This document shows, in pieces, positions 27,301 through 36,719 of a stretch of DNA of 64,000 bases (the first letter of the stretch is position 1; each line of letters begins with the position of its first letter). The position numbers and the translations under genes are program-made. Under the pieces are notes generated by a model. It worked only from the letters and a program-made list of their open reading frames with translations, searched no databases and was not told the DNA's origin. The stretch is from Antedon mediterranea. Taxonomy: Eukaryota > Animalia > Echinodermata. The stretch covers positions 5,416,101-5,480,100 of the forward strand of contig NC_092677.1 in assembly GCF_964355755.1 (NCBI RefSeq). Direction: 5' to 3'.

Positions 27301-28225
27301 TTGACTATTCTGCTTTTCCTTTGAATTTGAACTTTTTTTTACACCTAAACATTTATTGTTTTGGATTTTGTGTTGATGAAAATAAATGAATGAATGAATG
27401 CGCTGCTTTCACAGCATTTATTATCAAATATAAAATATTTAAAATATGTTGTTTTGTACACAGAGAAAGCTCTTAAAATTAAATGTAAAAAACATCAAAA
27501 ACACGATAATGAAAAAACACATCAAAGATACAAAAAGGATACAGCCAAGAGAGAAAATTCCAATAACAACAAATTGTCATGATGCTTACAATGAGACACA
27601 GTTTATAGTTATACTAATCTTATCTAGATGTTTTGCTGTTATATAGAGTTATAAATTGTAAAAACCAAAAACTACAGTATTAATATTAAATAATAAGACT
27701 ATAAGAGTATGGTGTATTATTATACAAAAAATATTTCAGAAGTTGAAAGATCGACTGTCATAACTCTTCTTTCAAATGAAATAATTCTCTCTATTCAACA
27801 AATTATTTGTTTTATAACACACCTACTGTTCTAAAATATTTTTTTATTTAATTAATCCATTTTAAATAATTGTACAAGGCTAGTCCAATTTCATATAACT
27901 TCTTGTTTTAAATTGTATCATTATCTAGGGTGGTATTGTACGTTTACCAACCAAGAAACATGGACTCTACCAAATAGCAATGGCAAGTCACGGAAATGAA
28001 ACAAATAAGGATCTTACACTTTACTTAAGTGAAGATGGTTGTAAAACCTGGTGTCAGTTTAACACACTAGGTGCAGTGAATGCAGAAGAATCTGACCTAG
28101 CTTATAACAGTGTTAGAACAGGGAAAGAAGAAGCGATGGAAATAGTGTGTGTTTACAGTTATGGATCAGAAACAGATGGTTATAGCATTAGAATGCTTAG
28201 TATAACCAAGGCAATCAGACACTAA
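24..28225 (+). CDS. Gene A (5'-partial): multi-exon IgSF membrane protein, Ig x6 - TM - half-Ig/Cys-rich - linker - Ig x4 - sialidase-like beta-propeller
   Basis: Exon model: 24-365, 630-938, 1866-2084, 2318-2542, 3632-3934, 5300-5524, 6127-6228, 9450-9710, 9959-9986, 10547-10625, 11445-11519, 11817-11832, 14738-15046, 16278-16586, 17747-18061, 19674-19991, 20192-20228, 20424-20573, 20840-21018, 21898-21969, 26105-26202, 26765-26896, 27929-28225. All have AG/GT boundaries and matching phases, with no internal stop (4400 nt). Linkage across 6.2-14.7 kb is inferred, so this could be two genes. Confidence 0.6.
630..938 (+). CDS. Gene A exon: I-set Ig domain
   Basis: Phase 1-1. EGQSVTFTC...PIPHIAWYKDG...LKIKSATEEDGGRYTC. 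Confidence 0.92.
1866..2084 (+). CDS. Gene A exon: short 4-Cys Ig-like domain (copy 1)
   Basis: Phase 1-1. ATCTAEGYPKP...ICQSTFTCHAENG...NC. Confidence 0.88.
2318..2542 (+). CDS. Gene A exon: short 4-Cys Ig-like domain (copy 2; ORF track shows a different frame)
   Basis: tttttag|AT ATC ACT...ACA G|gtaata. DITVTFTSEDGIATCTAEGHPKPSFVLILQDGEVVKKGENTATIELSIKMCQSHLTCFAENGKLNETTTLENCNT. Confidence 0.85.
3632..3934 (+). CDS. Gene A exon: I-set Ig domain (duplicate of 630-938)
   Basis: Phase 1-1. Nucleotide sequence is highly similar to 630-938, including the acceptor gataat(c/t)ag|acttgga. Confidence 0.88.
5300..5524 (+). CDS. Gene A exon: short 4-Cys Ig-like domain (copy 3)
   Basis: Phase 1-1. 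ATCTSEGYLKL...ICQSNLTCYAENG...NC. Confidence 0.82.
6127..6228 (+). CDS. Gene A exon: transmembrane segment
   Basis: atag|AA ACA...GTT T|gtaagt. ETSTVTQEDSGSLFIILIVVVIFVCLFIWLLILV. Confidence 0.85.
6712..6755 (-). ncRNA. Degenerate minimal hammerhead-ribozyme motif, probably from the Penelope-like element terminus
   Basis: Minus strand reads CTGATGA-T-GGGC-TAT-GCCC-GAAA-AATGTC: core boxes with a perfect stem II. It lies downstream of, and on the same strand as, the Penelope-like ORF. Confidence 0.55.
7757..9240 (-). mobile_element. Penelope-like retroelement remnant (RT + degenerate GIY-YIG region), frameshifted
   Basis: DKGGATVVWRRD, FYMLPKIHKTNSPGRPIVS, GTKMGPNFACLFMG, KRYIDD, YLNYNSSHP..CKNAIPYSQLVRLRRLCS, GTFKCNRNRC, spread over several frames. 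Confidence 0.9.
9450..9710 (+). CDS. Gene A exon: N-terminal half of an Ig-like domain fused to a Cys-rich hydrophobic segment
   Basis: tttcag|AT...TCA T|gtaggt, phase 1-1. TVEGGEPVVMSFKYRPS (cf. SVEGGEAMIRF and CRYRPS in later exons), then WKKVCQFVCYCCAYFCGFFCIEYC. Confidence 0.65.
9959..11832 (+). CDS. Gene A: four small hydrophilic linker/tail exons (9959-9986, 10547-10625, 11445-11519, 11817-11832)
   Basis: Phases chain 1-2, 2-0, 0-0, 0-1 with good splice sites. FAPRNANDRSSGSGEECQMMVNKSTKQQAAVSESKQRSPDGDDEDSNLLAERQGTSGVNVKQMTQA. Confidence 0.6.
11118..11189 (+). tRNA. tRNA-like sequence with anticodon ATC (Asp); probably a tRNA-derived repeat or pseudogene
   Basis: Cloverleaf: acceptor GCCCCAG/TTGGGGC, D arm GTCT/GGAC, anticodon arm TCTGC-ATATCAA-GTAGG, T arm CCGAG-TTCGAGT-CTCGG, followed by T5. 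Confidence 0.6.
12300..12720. mobile_element. MITE-like element with inverted repeats
   Basis: gggaaccaacaagatggcggc (~12320) versus gctgccatcttgttggttccc (~12660). Confidence 0.55.
13490..13850. repeat. Dispersed repeat family
   Basis: gatagcctatcttggcaag(t/c)tgagctcag and its flanks recur inverted at ~18695-18975 and partially at ~28240-28290. Confidence 0.65.
13870..14032 (+). CDS. C-terminal half Ig exon (alternative exon or relic)
   Basis: ttag|GAA...TAT T|gtaagt, phase 0-1. ...GRISLTISNPVRADSGEYNCSIEGSRQQRPGVNNLTVY. Confidence 0.55.
14738..15046 (+). CDS. Gene A exon: V/I-type Ig domain
   Basis: FEMKCRY...YKWKK...GRF...LSLKIKNVILGDSGKYQC...LTV. Phase 1-1. Confidence 0.88.
15544..15706. 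mobile_element. Short MITE
   Basis: TIRs cagggccgtatgcagg / cctgcgtacggccttg, with an internal poly-G run. Confidence 0.6.
16278..16586 (+). CDS. Gene A exon: Ig domain lacking the B-strand Cys
   Basis: VRLPFSF...TLYKK...SRYQC...AYLEIRNVVPGDAGEYIC. Phase 1-1. Confidence 0.88.
17747..18061 (+). CDS. Gene A exon: Ig domain lacking the B-strand Cys
   Basis: EGGEAMIRFN...GRY...LEISNVQPSDAGEYRCCV. Phase 1-1. Confidence 0.88.
19674..19991 (+). CDS. Gene A exon: V-type Ig domain
   Basis: GDKAVLTCKY...VNWYK...ERY...SLEFEKVSMIDAGEYRC. Phase 1-1. Confidence 0.9.
20192..28225 (+). CDS. Sialidase/neuraminidase-like (GH33, BNR/Asp-box) domain of about 320 aa in 7 exons, catalytically degenerate
   Basis: Spliced motifs occur in NEU order: TYRRP (F/YRIP), HNPVPIV, SKDNGKTW, LGGGVCLDSGKMVV, TDDSDFW, SNDGCKTF, PKCEGGIV, LTLYLSEDGCKTW, EESDL, VCVYSYG. 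Stop TAA at 28223-28225. Confidence 0.85.
22660..23135 (-). mobile_element. RTE-clade-like LINE 3' fragment
   Basis: LKKKIFDQCILPTMTYVAETWT...AQHNMERSMLNIT...KKWTWASHVSRRED. Confidence 0.85.
23160..24120 (+). mobile_element. Degenerate non-LTR reverse transcriptase (CR1/L2-like)
   Basis: AKVFESFI, KAFDRVNHTIIINKL, GTKLGPILFLVLVND, KFLDDLT, RPVLEYA, ERIQKR, with frameshifts. Confidence 0.85.
26363..26548. mobile_element. Palindromic MITE (Harbinger-like end sequence)
   Basis: ttcacacctgtttcggcacggttccggtccggcg versus cgccagaccggaaccgtgccggaataggtgtgaa. Confidence 0.7.
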
Positions 28226-28424
28226 GCTTTCCTAGATCAGTCTGTTAGGATAGCCTATCTTGGCAAGTCGAGCTCAGCGTCCTGTTTGATTGCCTTGGTA
28301 TAACAATATGTTTACTCAATTAGTATTATTGCTGTATATTAGTTTAATGTTTGATAATTTTCAAATTTTGTAGTGTCCCTACAGCAAGCTTAATGGTATA
28401 GATGAAAGTGTTACCTTCTTAAAA

Positions 28425-29117
28425 TCTATATATATAAATTTATGTATGGTCAAAATTCGGTAAATCGCGCGTTACTTCTAGAATGTTTACTCGATGGTAT
28501 ATAAAGTTGGTTCGTAGTTCTGACTGATTTTAACCACCTGATGTAACCCTGTTTACTAATTAAATTGAGTTAGATAATTACAGTAGTTATGGACAATTAA
28601 ACCAAATTTAGGTTCAACGATTTGCCCCAAATAGGGGTTTTTTCCGATCGTGGTATACACTGTCTGTCTTGAAAAATACCCACACACAATAATACGAGGA
28701 TATTTCACATTTACCTATCTCCGTCTACAATAACTGTTTTTAATAGCATAATGTTGAATACAGGCCGATTTAAAAAAATAATAATATACGTTTATACAAA
28801 TGTATTGATTTGCGATAAATAATGGAACATTCCAATCTCTCCGTATAATTATTTGGTTTAACACAAGTAGGTAAATTTATGGGTCGACCTTTGGGGGATA
28901 AACTTAAAACCATTAGATATAGTTTTGCAATACTTTGAAAATACTGTAAATACGTATTAACCATTTTTGTGACAAGTTTCTCTTTCGGAGACAATGTATT
29001 ATAGTCTTGCGTTACATACATTTGAAATCGCCAGTTTTTTTACGCTGAAAATGAAATTACTGTGTATTCGAGAACCATCTATGGGCACGACCTAGATGAA
29101 CACAAAGCACACAATCT
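28425..29117 (+). mobile_element. Non-autonomous Helitron-like element, copy 1 (internally deleted, 3' terminator missing)
   Basis: Starts A|TCTATATATA. Collinear with 34221-35730, but homology stops at ...gacctagatg, before the terminal hairpin/CTAG. Confidence 0.7.
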
Positions 29118-29503
29118 GTACGATGAATATGAATGAATATTCTTGTGTACATCGTCTACCCCTGTGTGCAATTCAGACACAGGTTTTTTGCACACATTTA
29201 CATTTACACATACAGTATGACTGACAAATTTATAATTGCCATTGCTAACTATAAATGAATATCTCACCAAAAAAAAAATTAATTCAATAAAAGTAATATT
29301 AAAGTAAATTTTAATAGTAATTATATTATACATCATTATTTGATGTTTATAGTTTGTGTTATGTCTAAATATATCATCACTTGAAATTTTGTTTGACTGT
29401 TTTATGTTATTATTTTGTTTTCTAAATGTATTGCATGTATGTATGTATTTTTGGGTCATCCTTTTGTTATTTGGACATTCAGGTATGACTCAATATTCTT
29501 TAA

Positions 29504-30077
29504 AGCTCAGGTACAGGCATGAATTTAAAATATAATATTTGGTTAAATGTACATAAATCAAATATTTGTAACAGAAATCAAGACGAAAAAACATGAATTT
29601 CCCTTAATATGGCCAAATACAAAATTTTGCAAAATTCTTCCATAAAAACCAGGAAGACCTTTTTTCAGTAGTTAGGTAGTTAACCTAATGTAATAACATG
29701 TCTTGTGACTCCCTAGAAGGTGAACAAAGATGGTGGATATATGGTGGATAATTTTTGCTATAGCATGAAAATAAAAATTTGAAGTTGAATTGAAAAATTC
29801 CAGAAATGTAATATTCAAGATATTTTACCTATACTTAGTCACTGTTTATTTTTCGTAGCTTTTTAAAATGCCTCTCTATTAAAAAAATTTGTGTACAAAT
29901 GAATATAGATTTTACTGTGTAATTTGAACTATCCCCCCACTGATAAGAAAGTGCTTATTTTCAACAAGCTCGTGTAACACAAATAAAATCCCAAAAATTA
30001 TGAAACATAGGGGAAACTATAGATCGATAATTATTGGAATGTATGATCAATAGAAATTTTTTGCCCGCACCTGGCCT
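29504..30077. mobile_element. TTAA-flanked MITE (Kolobok-like)
   Basis: TTAA-agctcaggtacaggca ... tgcccgcacctggcct-TTAA, imperfect TIR. Confidence 0.55.
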
Positions 30078-30686
30078 TTAAACGAATGAATATACTTACC
30101 GATTACTTTATACTCAAGATTGCTTAATTCTGTTCATGCATTAGACTCTTAATAATGATTATTACTTAAAAATTAGGAAATGTTGTGATTAGATTAGTTG
30201 TTTTGAATTTTTTTTGTATTATATTCCATGTTGTGGCTGTTAATTGAAATTAAAAAAATTGTTTTGTCGTACCGCTTATATAGCTGCTGTGAGCAGGCCT
30301 CGTTTTCCCTGATACATTGTAGTATTATGTCCAATAAGCACCGGTATTAAATCATACAAAATAATATTACGGTAACAGCATTAATTTCAGTATTTGCTGG
30401 ACTAAAACAATTAATGTTTGTTTAATTGAATACGAGACCTGTATTTATCATCGTTGTATTTATTATTCAAAATTATTATTTGTCCAGATGTACACACTGT
30501 TTGATTTTGAAAACTTATTTTACGAATCATCAATTTTATGAATTGCTTGTTACAGTTATGCTGATTTGTGAGTGGAAAAAGATAAAAGATGTTCAGTTTG
30601 TAGTAAAATATTTTTATTTCACCATTGTTGTTTTTATGTTACCATAGTGACAAAACTAAAACTGAGCAAATTAAAAGCCACAACAT

Positions 30687-32150
30687 TTAGCATGGCGTAT
30701 ACATGCTGTCAACCGAGTAGTTTGGATTGTTCGCTGTATGGCGTGAATTCTCGTCTCGTTTTTCATCCAATTTCTGTAACCGTTTCTTCTTGGACTGTTT
30801 GTACGCATTCCAAATGCCTATTGTCTTGTCCCATGAGGCCGATATATACTGTGTATGTAAAAAGAACAACAAAAAAAGTTACTAAAGTTTAACGAATTTA
30901 GTTTTGGAGACACTACGTATGTTTTCATTGTTTACCAAAAAATACTTAAAAACAGGACATATAAATAGTTTTACCTGGTTTCTATCTGGGATGTGGATGA
31001 TGCTACGCACTGAGTCACTGTGTCCGATGCTACGCACTGAGTCACTGTGTCCAATATTGGTCTGCATTAGTTTAAATGTTTGAGAGTCGTAAACTCTAAA
31101 AAGGAATATTTATGTAATTTTAAAATTGGTGTGGTACATAAAAATATTTAAAAAAAAAGTAGTAGTAAAGAATGTTAAGGTTTTCATTTGATATATTTTA
31201 GAAATGTAGTTTATATTATATTTTAAAATTAGAAAGTAAAATTATTCAAAAATTAAACTCTTCCATTATTTCAGTTTCCTATTCTAATTAACAATTGCAT
31301 TAAAGTATAGTAGAAATATTGCATTATTATAAACTCTTCTTGAGTAATACATACCATCAATCATTGTATGATGAAAATCTGATGGTATCAGATTGAAACA
31401 TAACACGTATACTTTATTGTGGCTTACATACAATTAATTTATACTTATCCTTTTTGTACAGTTAATAGTATAGAGAGTTTTTTTTTATCTAATTGTGTTT
31501 ATTGTTATGAATAGTATTTCTGAAATAAATTTTGATGAATGAATGGTTTAATTCTAGTAGTACTAACTTGATTGTGTTCTGCACTCCAGCCACTATGCTG
31601 CCATTCTTCAAGTCAATACACAGTGCCAACACTGCTCCATGAGTTGCTAAAATCTGATCACATGACATGCCATCCTCACTCTTTACATAAACAAAAGTAA
31701 AGTGGGATTTATGAATAATAACATATCGATTATCACATGCACGATATTTTTCATAGCATTGTAGTTGGAGATGATGGCATACAAAAGCCAAGAACAAAAC
31801 TCTGGTGAAAAGGTGTACCTTGTCACCCAATCATCCTTGGTTTAATCACGGAGGTGGTATACCTCCATGGTTTAATTGTTGTGTCCATTTCATGTATAAG
31901 ATCATGTTCTATTTGTAGAGTTAATATTGTTAATTATTGATTTAAATTTAAATATAGTAAATATAAATGACTGTATCAGTAGCATGATCAGTAGGTAATA
32001 ATATTCAATTTGACATTTGTATTGAATGTATTTTTACCCAAATCATAATGCCATCTTCAGAGCCTGTGATTCCATTTATCTGTGACCTTGTTCCATCTGA
32101 CTTGAGTGATTTCTGCATCATGACCTTGAAGGGTGTTACACAGTGTCATT
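30687..32150 (-). pseudogene. 3' fragment of a WD40-repeat gene with introns
   Basis: Exons ~32150-32038, 31680-31568, 31095-30975, 30848-30687: LQGHDAEITQVRW..[frameshift]ITGSEDGIMIW / THGAVLALCID / VYD..GHSDSVRSI(x2) / YISASWDKTIGIWNAY. No upstream exons found. Confidence 0.8.
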
Positions 32151-32665
32151 TCACTGATACAGTCGGTATACAATATCTATTTATAAATGTATTCACTCCA
32201 AAACCTTTTACAAAGTTACTGGGAATTATGAATAGCTAACATATCTAGCATTTTTTTATTATATTGTTATTATGAATGTTTTGATAATTGACGATGCTTT
32301 AACATTTCTATCGGCAAATTAAACGATCCTGTCTGTCTTGATTTCAAACTGCCATTAATTATTTTAAGCTTCGTTTCTTTTAAAATCATGATTGCGTGTG
32401 CTATAGCGAAACAAATGATTAAACCAACATAGAGTACATCGTTATATAACATTAAAAACACTTTTATTGTGTTTGCATACTATTGTTTTCCACGTGACTT
32501 TCATATACAAACTTCTTTATTACTTGTAAGTTACTTATTATTACTTTACAGATAGGATTTTTCTATACATATACGGTAACATACAGTATGTTTACGTTTA
32601 AAGATCGGCTAAACGCATGATTTCAGATATTATATTTGGTTAAATCTTTGACCTATGGATATATA

Positions 32666-33413
32666 CGGAAACGTTAAAGTGCCATTCACTTGGCGACTTG
32701 TCGAGATAATTTATCTTGTCAAGTCGACATAAATATGACTATTATGTCGACATAGTAACCATTATATTTCTACATTGCGAGATAGTTTATCTTGCCAAGT
32801 TGATTCCCTAATAAATACATGTCGACTAGACGAGATAGATTAACTTGCCAAGTTGACTTTACTTCGACGCTTGAAGCGTCCAAGTGCCATCCACTTACCG
32901 ACTTGTCGAGATAATTTATCTTGTCAAGTCGACATAAATATGGCTATTATGTCGACATAATAATCATTATATGTCGTCATGGCGAGATACATGATCTTGC
33001 CAAGTTGACTTCACCAAAATTGCATGTCGACATGACAAGTAGTGTCGATATTCTATACAAAATGTCCACATGTGTCTATTTTAACGCATACTAACGACAT
33101 GTGAGGCCGACGACGACCGGCCGAATAGGAAAGTCCAAATAATTTAGAATTACCAAGATAAATATCATCGAATTCCGTCTGTGGATGGCACTTGGACGCT
33201 TCAAGCGTCGAAGTACAAGTAAAGTCAACTTGGCAAGTTAATCTCTCGTCTAGTCGACATGTATTTATTAGGGAATCAACTTGACAAGATAAACTATCTC
33301 GCAATGTAGACATATAATGGTTACTATGTCGACATAATAGTCATATTTGTGTCGACTTGACAAGATAAATTATCTCGACAAGTCGCCAAGTGAATGGTAC
33401 TTTAACGCTTCCG
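32666..33413. mobile_element. Foldback MITE with ~230-bp TIRs and TA target duplication
   Basis: TA-cggaaacgttaaagtgccattcacttggcgacttgtcgag ... ctcgacaagtcgccaagtgaatggtactttaacgcttccg-TA. Contains an internal ~200-bp direct repeat of the arm. Confidence 0.85.
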
Positions 33414-34220
33414 TAGATATAGGAAAATAGGACTACATAAATTAAAAGCGTTTAAAAAAACGAAAAAAAAATTATATAAGAGTCTCTTAAAATGGTCAAA
33501 TACTTTGCAGAATTCTTCTAAACATAACCAGTAAGACTTTTTTTTAGTAGATTGGTTTTTGGTGGCATGTAAGATCAATATAATTTTTTCTCGCATCTGG
33601 CATGTTGCAGGTACGTACACTAGCACAAATAAGTAGTAGCTACAACATAAGCACCTCATTAATTTTATCAAGCATTGTCTGGTTTTGTTTTACGGTATTA
33701 CAGTAGGCCTATTCTAAATGTTTATGAGTTTATACAGTACAAATAACAAGTACACACTTTCACAAACGAATTTAATTACTACCTGTAAATAATAACATGA
33801 GTTTTAATGAGTAGTTAATTACTTTCAATACAACAACTAATGACAAAAAGATAGATTGACGTTTCAATATTTCCACAATATTATAACATACATGATAAAA
33901 CACAAATGTTAAACTAGTTTGTTATAAATAAAATTGCTTATAAATACAATGAAAAGTTGTTCAGTCATGTGGTGAGAGGGGGGTGGGGGAATCATATAAG
34001 TCGGAAAGACAAGATATAAAATTAAATACGAAAAAGAAAATTAATATTACATAAACTAATAATATATATATATATATAAAGCAAAGCTTACAATTTATAT
34101 TTAATCACTTTATCCTAGAAAGTAAATAGTTCTTGTATACTAATTTAAATTGTGAAGTTTCTGTTTCTAAACCATTATGAAACTATTTTAAAGTTCAATT
34201 TAAAAAAACGTAAAACGTAA

Positions 34221-35730
34221 TCTAATAAATTTACGTAAGGGCAAAATTCGGTAAATCGCGCGTTATTTCTAGAATGTTTACTCGATGGTATATAAAGTTG
34301 GTTAGAATCTCGGTACTGATTTTAACCACCTGATGTAACCCTGTTTACTAATTAAATTTAGTTAGATAATTAGTCATTGACAATAAAAACGAATTTAGGT
34401 TCAACTATTTGCCCCAAATAGGGGTGTTTTCCGATCGTGGTATACACTGTCTAATGGATGTCCTCTTGAAAAATACCTGCACACAATAATACGAGGATGC
34501 TTCGCATTTTCCTATCTCCTCCTACGATAATTGTTTTTAATAGCTGAAAACCGGTTGAACAGCTCGAGTAGCCTACAGTATCATAATGTTGAAGACAGGC
34601 CGATTTTCTTAAAAAAATACTATTTTGATAGATTTAATATTCGTTTATACAAATGTATTGATTTGCGATGAATGGAACATTTCAATCTCTCACTTACTAC
34701 TTCCGTCTGAGTGTATTGCATTTTGGGTAATGATGACGTTTTGCTCGACCACCCATAGATTTAACCGGTTATTTCGGAGCACAAATTGAGCAGAAACGCG
34801 GTCTTGTTGTTGTTATCTATTTTTAATCTATTTTAAAATAACCGGTTAAATTGCGTTATGCAGCAGAAACAGACCCTCAGACTCCCAGTTTGTTTGGTAA
34901 ATTTATGTGCCCTTGGTTTAACACAAGTAGGTAAATTTATGGGCCCTTGGAGAATAAACTAATGAGATATAGTATTGCAATACTTTTGACAATATTGTAA
35001 ATACTTTACGTATTAACCATTTTTGGTCGCCATTGGAATCAAAATTAACTTACTGTGAATGTGGTTACTATTATAAACACATATACAAAGAACATCTATT
35101 ACTACTGTGACTGTGGGTAGGCTCTACTGCTGGATATATAAACACATAATATACAAATAAAAACTTTATTACTGACAGTTGCTTCTCAACGTTTGTATTG
35201 ATTAATAAAAAAATATAAACGTCGTAGTGGTGTATCGTTACATGTACTTTACTATTTCAATCGACTATAACAGGGACAGTTTTAAAAAGGTATTACATCG
35301 TAAATGTTTTACTGTGTTTAGTGGTATATTATTGATAGGCCTATAAAACATTTAAAACAATATTTCGTTACTGGATAAAGAATATATTAAAAAAATGTTC
35401 TTCCCATCCTCTTCCCCATCCCTCAACTCTAATGTTATATACAAAACACAAATTGGGTTTGTTTAAATGAGTTCAAATACAAAATTTGAACTCATTTTTA
35501 AGACAAGTTTCTCCTTCGAAAGTAGGTCTAATTCCCAGGGTGCTAATTTTAGTTGACTACATTAATCATTGTGTCTATTTATTCGTTTCTGAAAACGACA
35601 ATGTATTAAAAGTCCTGAGGTACGTACATTTGAAATCGCCAGTTTTTTTACGCTGAAATTACTGTGTATTCGAGAACCATCTGTGGACACGACCTAGATG
35701 GTACGCGAGCGAAGCGAGTGTACCATCTAG
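34221..35730 (+). mobile_element. Non-autonomous Helitron-like element, copy 2 (complete ends)
   Basis: A|TC start. The 3' end is the hairpin ctagatggtacgcgagcgaagcgagtgtaccatCTAG|T, with no TSD. Confidence 0.75.
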
Positions 35731-36719
35731 TAAACGTAATTACAACAATCAACGTAACCATACATCAATTATAGACGTAAACAACATTATTGGTGTGGTG
35801 TGGCAGCGGCTGATCCATAACACCGTTATAGTGGGCATAGCCTAATCGGCACCGGTTATCTGCCTTTAACTGCATTTAATATGTAGGCCTATGTTATAAG
35901 AGTTTAGTGCACAAGTTTTGTTTGAACCATACCATGGAGAAACTAGTAACTAATGCTTCCTCAAATTCGTTCATCACTTGCCCAGAAAAATATTAGTTAT
36001 CAAGGCCCAAACTATGAAACAATTTACCATGATTTAAGTATGATCTCATTAACAAAATGTTTACACTTAAAGTTAAACATTATTTTACTATCGAAATATT
36101 GATCTTAGGTTATTTTAACTATTCATCAGTTCTATTGCAATTCAGTTACATCTTTTATTTTATGTGTTAATTATTATTATTTTGGTTTTATATATATGCT
36201 ATATTCATTTAATAACTATCTAGCGTCTGTTAAATAATTACTTTGTATTACATTTACAAGGCCAAATGTAGACAAGCGAAAGTTTTTTCTTTGGCCATTT
36301 TGTCAAGTAAAGTTGAGTCATTTAAGTATTTATTATTATTATTTTACATTTGACAATAACGAGAGATATTTAATTGTGAGAATATTTTTTATGCGTTGAA
36401 AGACTTGACTGTATTCAACAAGGCGGACTTTCAACTATTGAAATAATCAAATTCTCGCCATTGAATTCAACGAATACAAAACATTAAATTGTTTTATAAA
36501 GTAAAATAGGCTACATTGCCACTTCGTGTTTATACTGTACAAACCATCAGAAGATGGAAATGTTTTATATCAATATCTTCCTAATTCTTGGAATTATAAT
36601 TATCAAAAATTGTCTACGTCAAAATTGGATATCTTTTTTGTGACCAACTAACTTAATTTTATCTTTGTTCACTGATATTAAATTATGTAACTTAAACATA
36701 CTTTATTTAGGATAAACGT

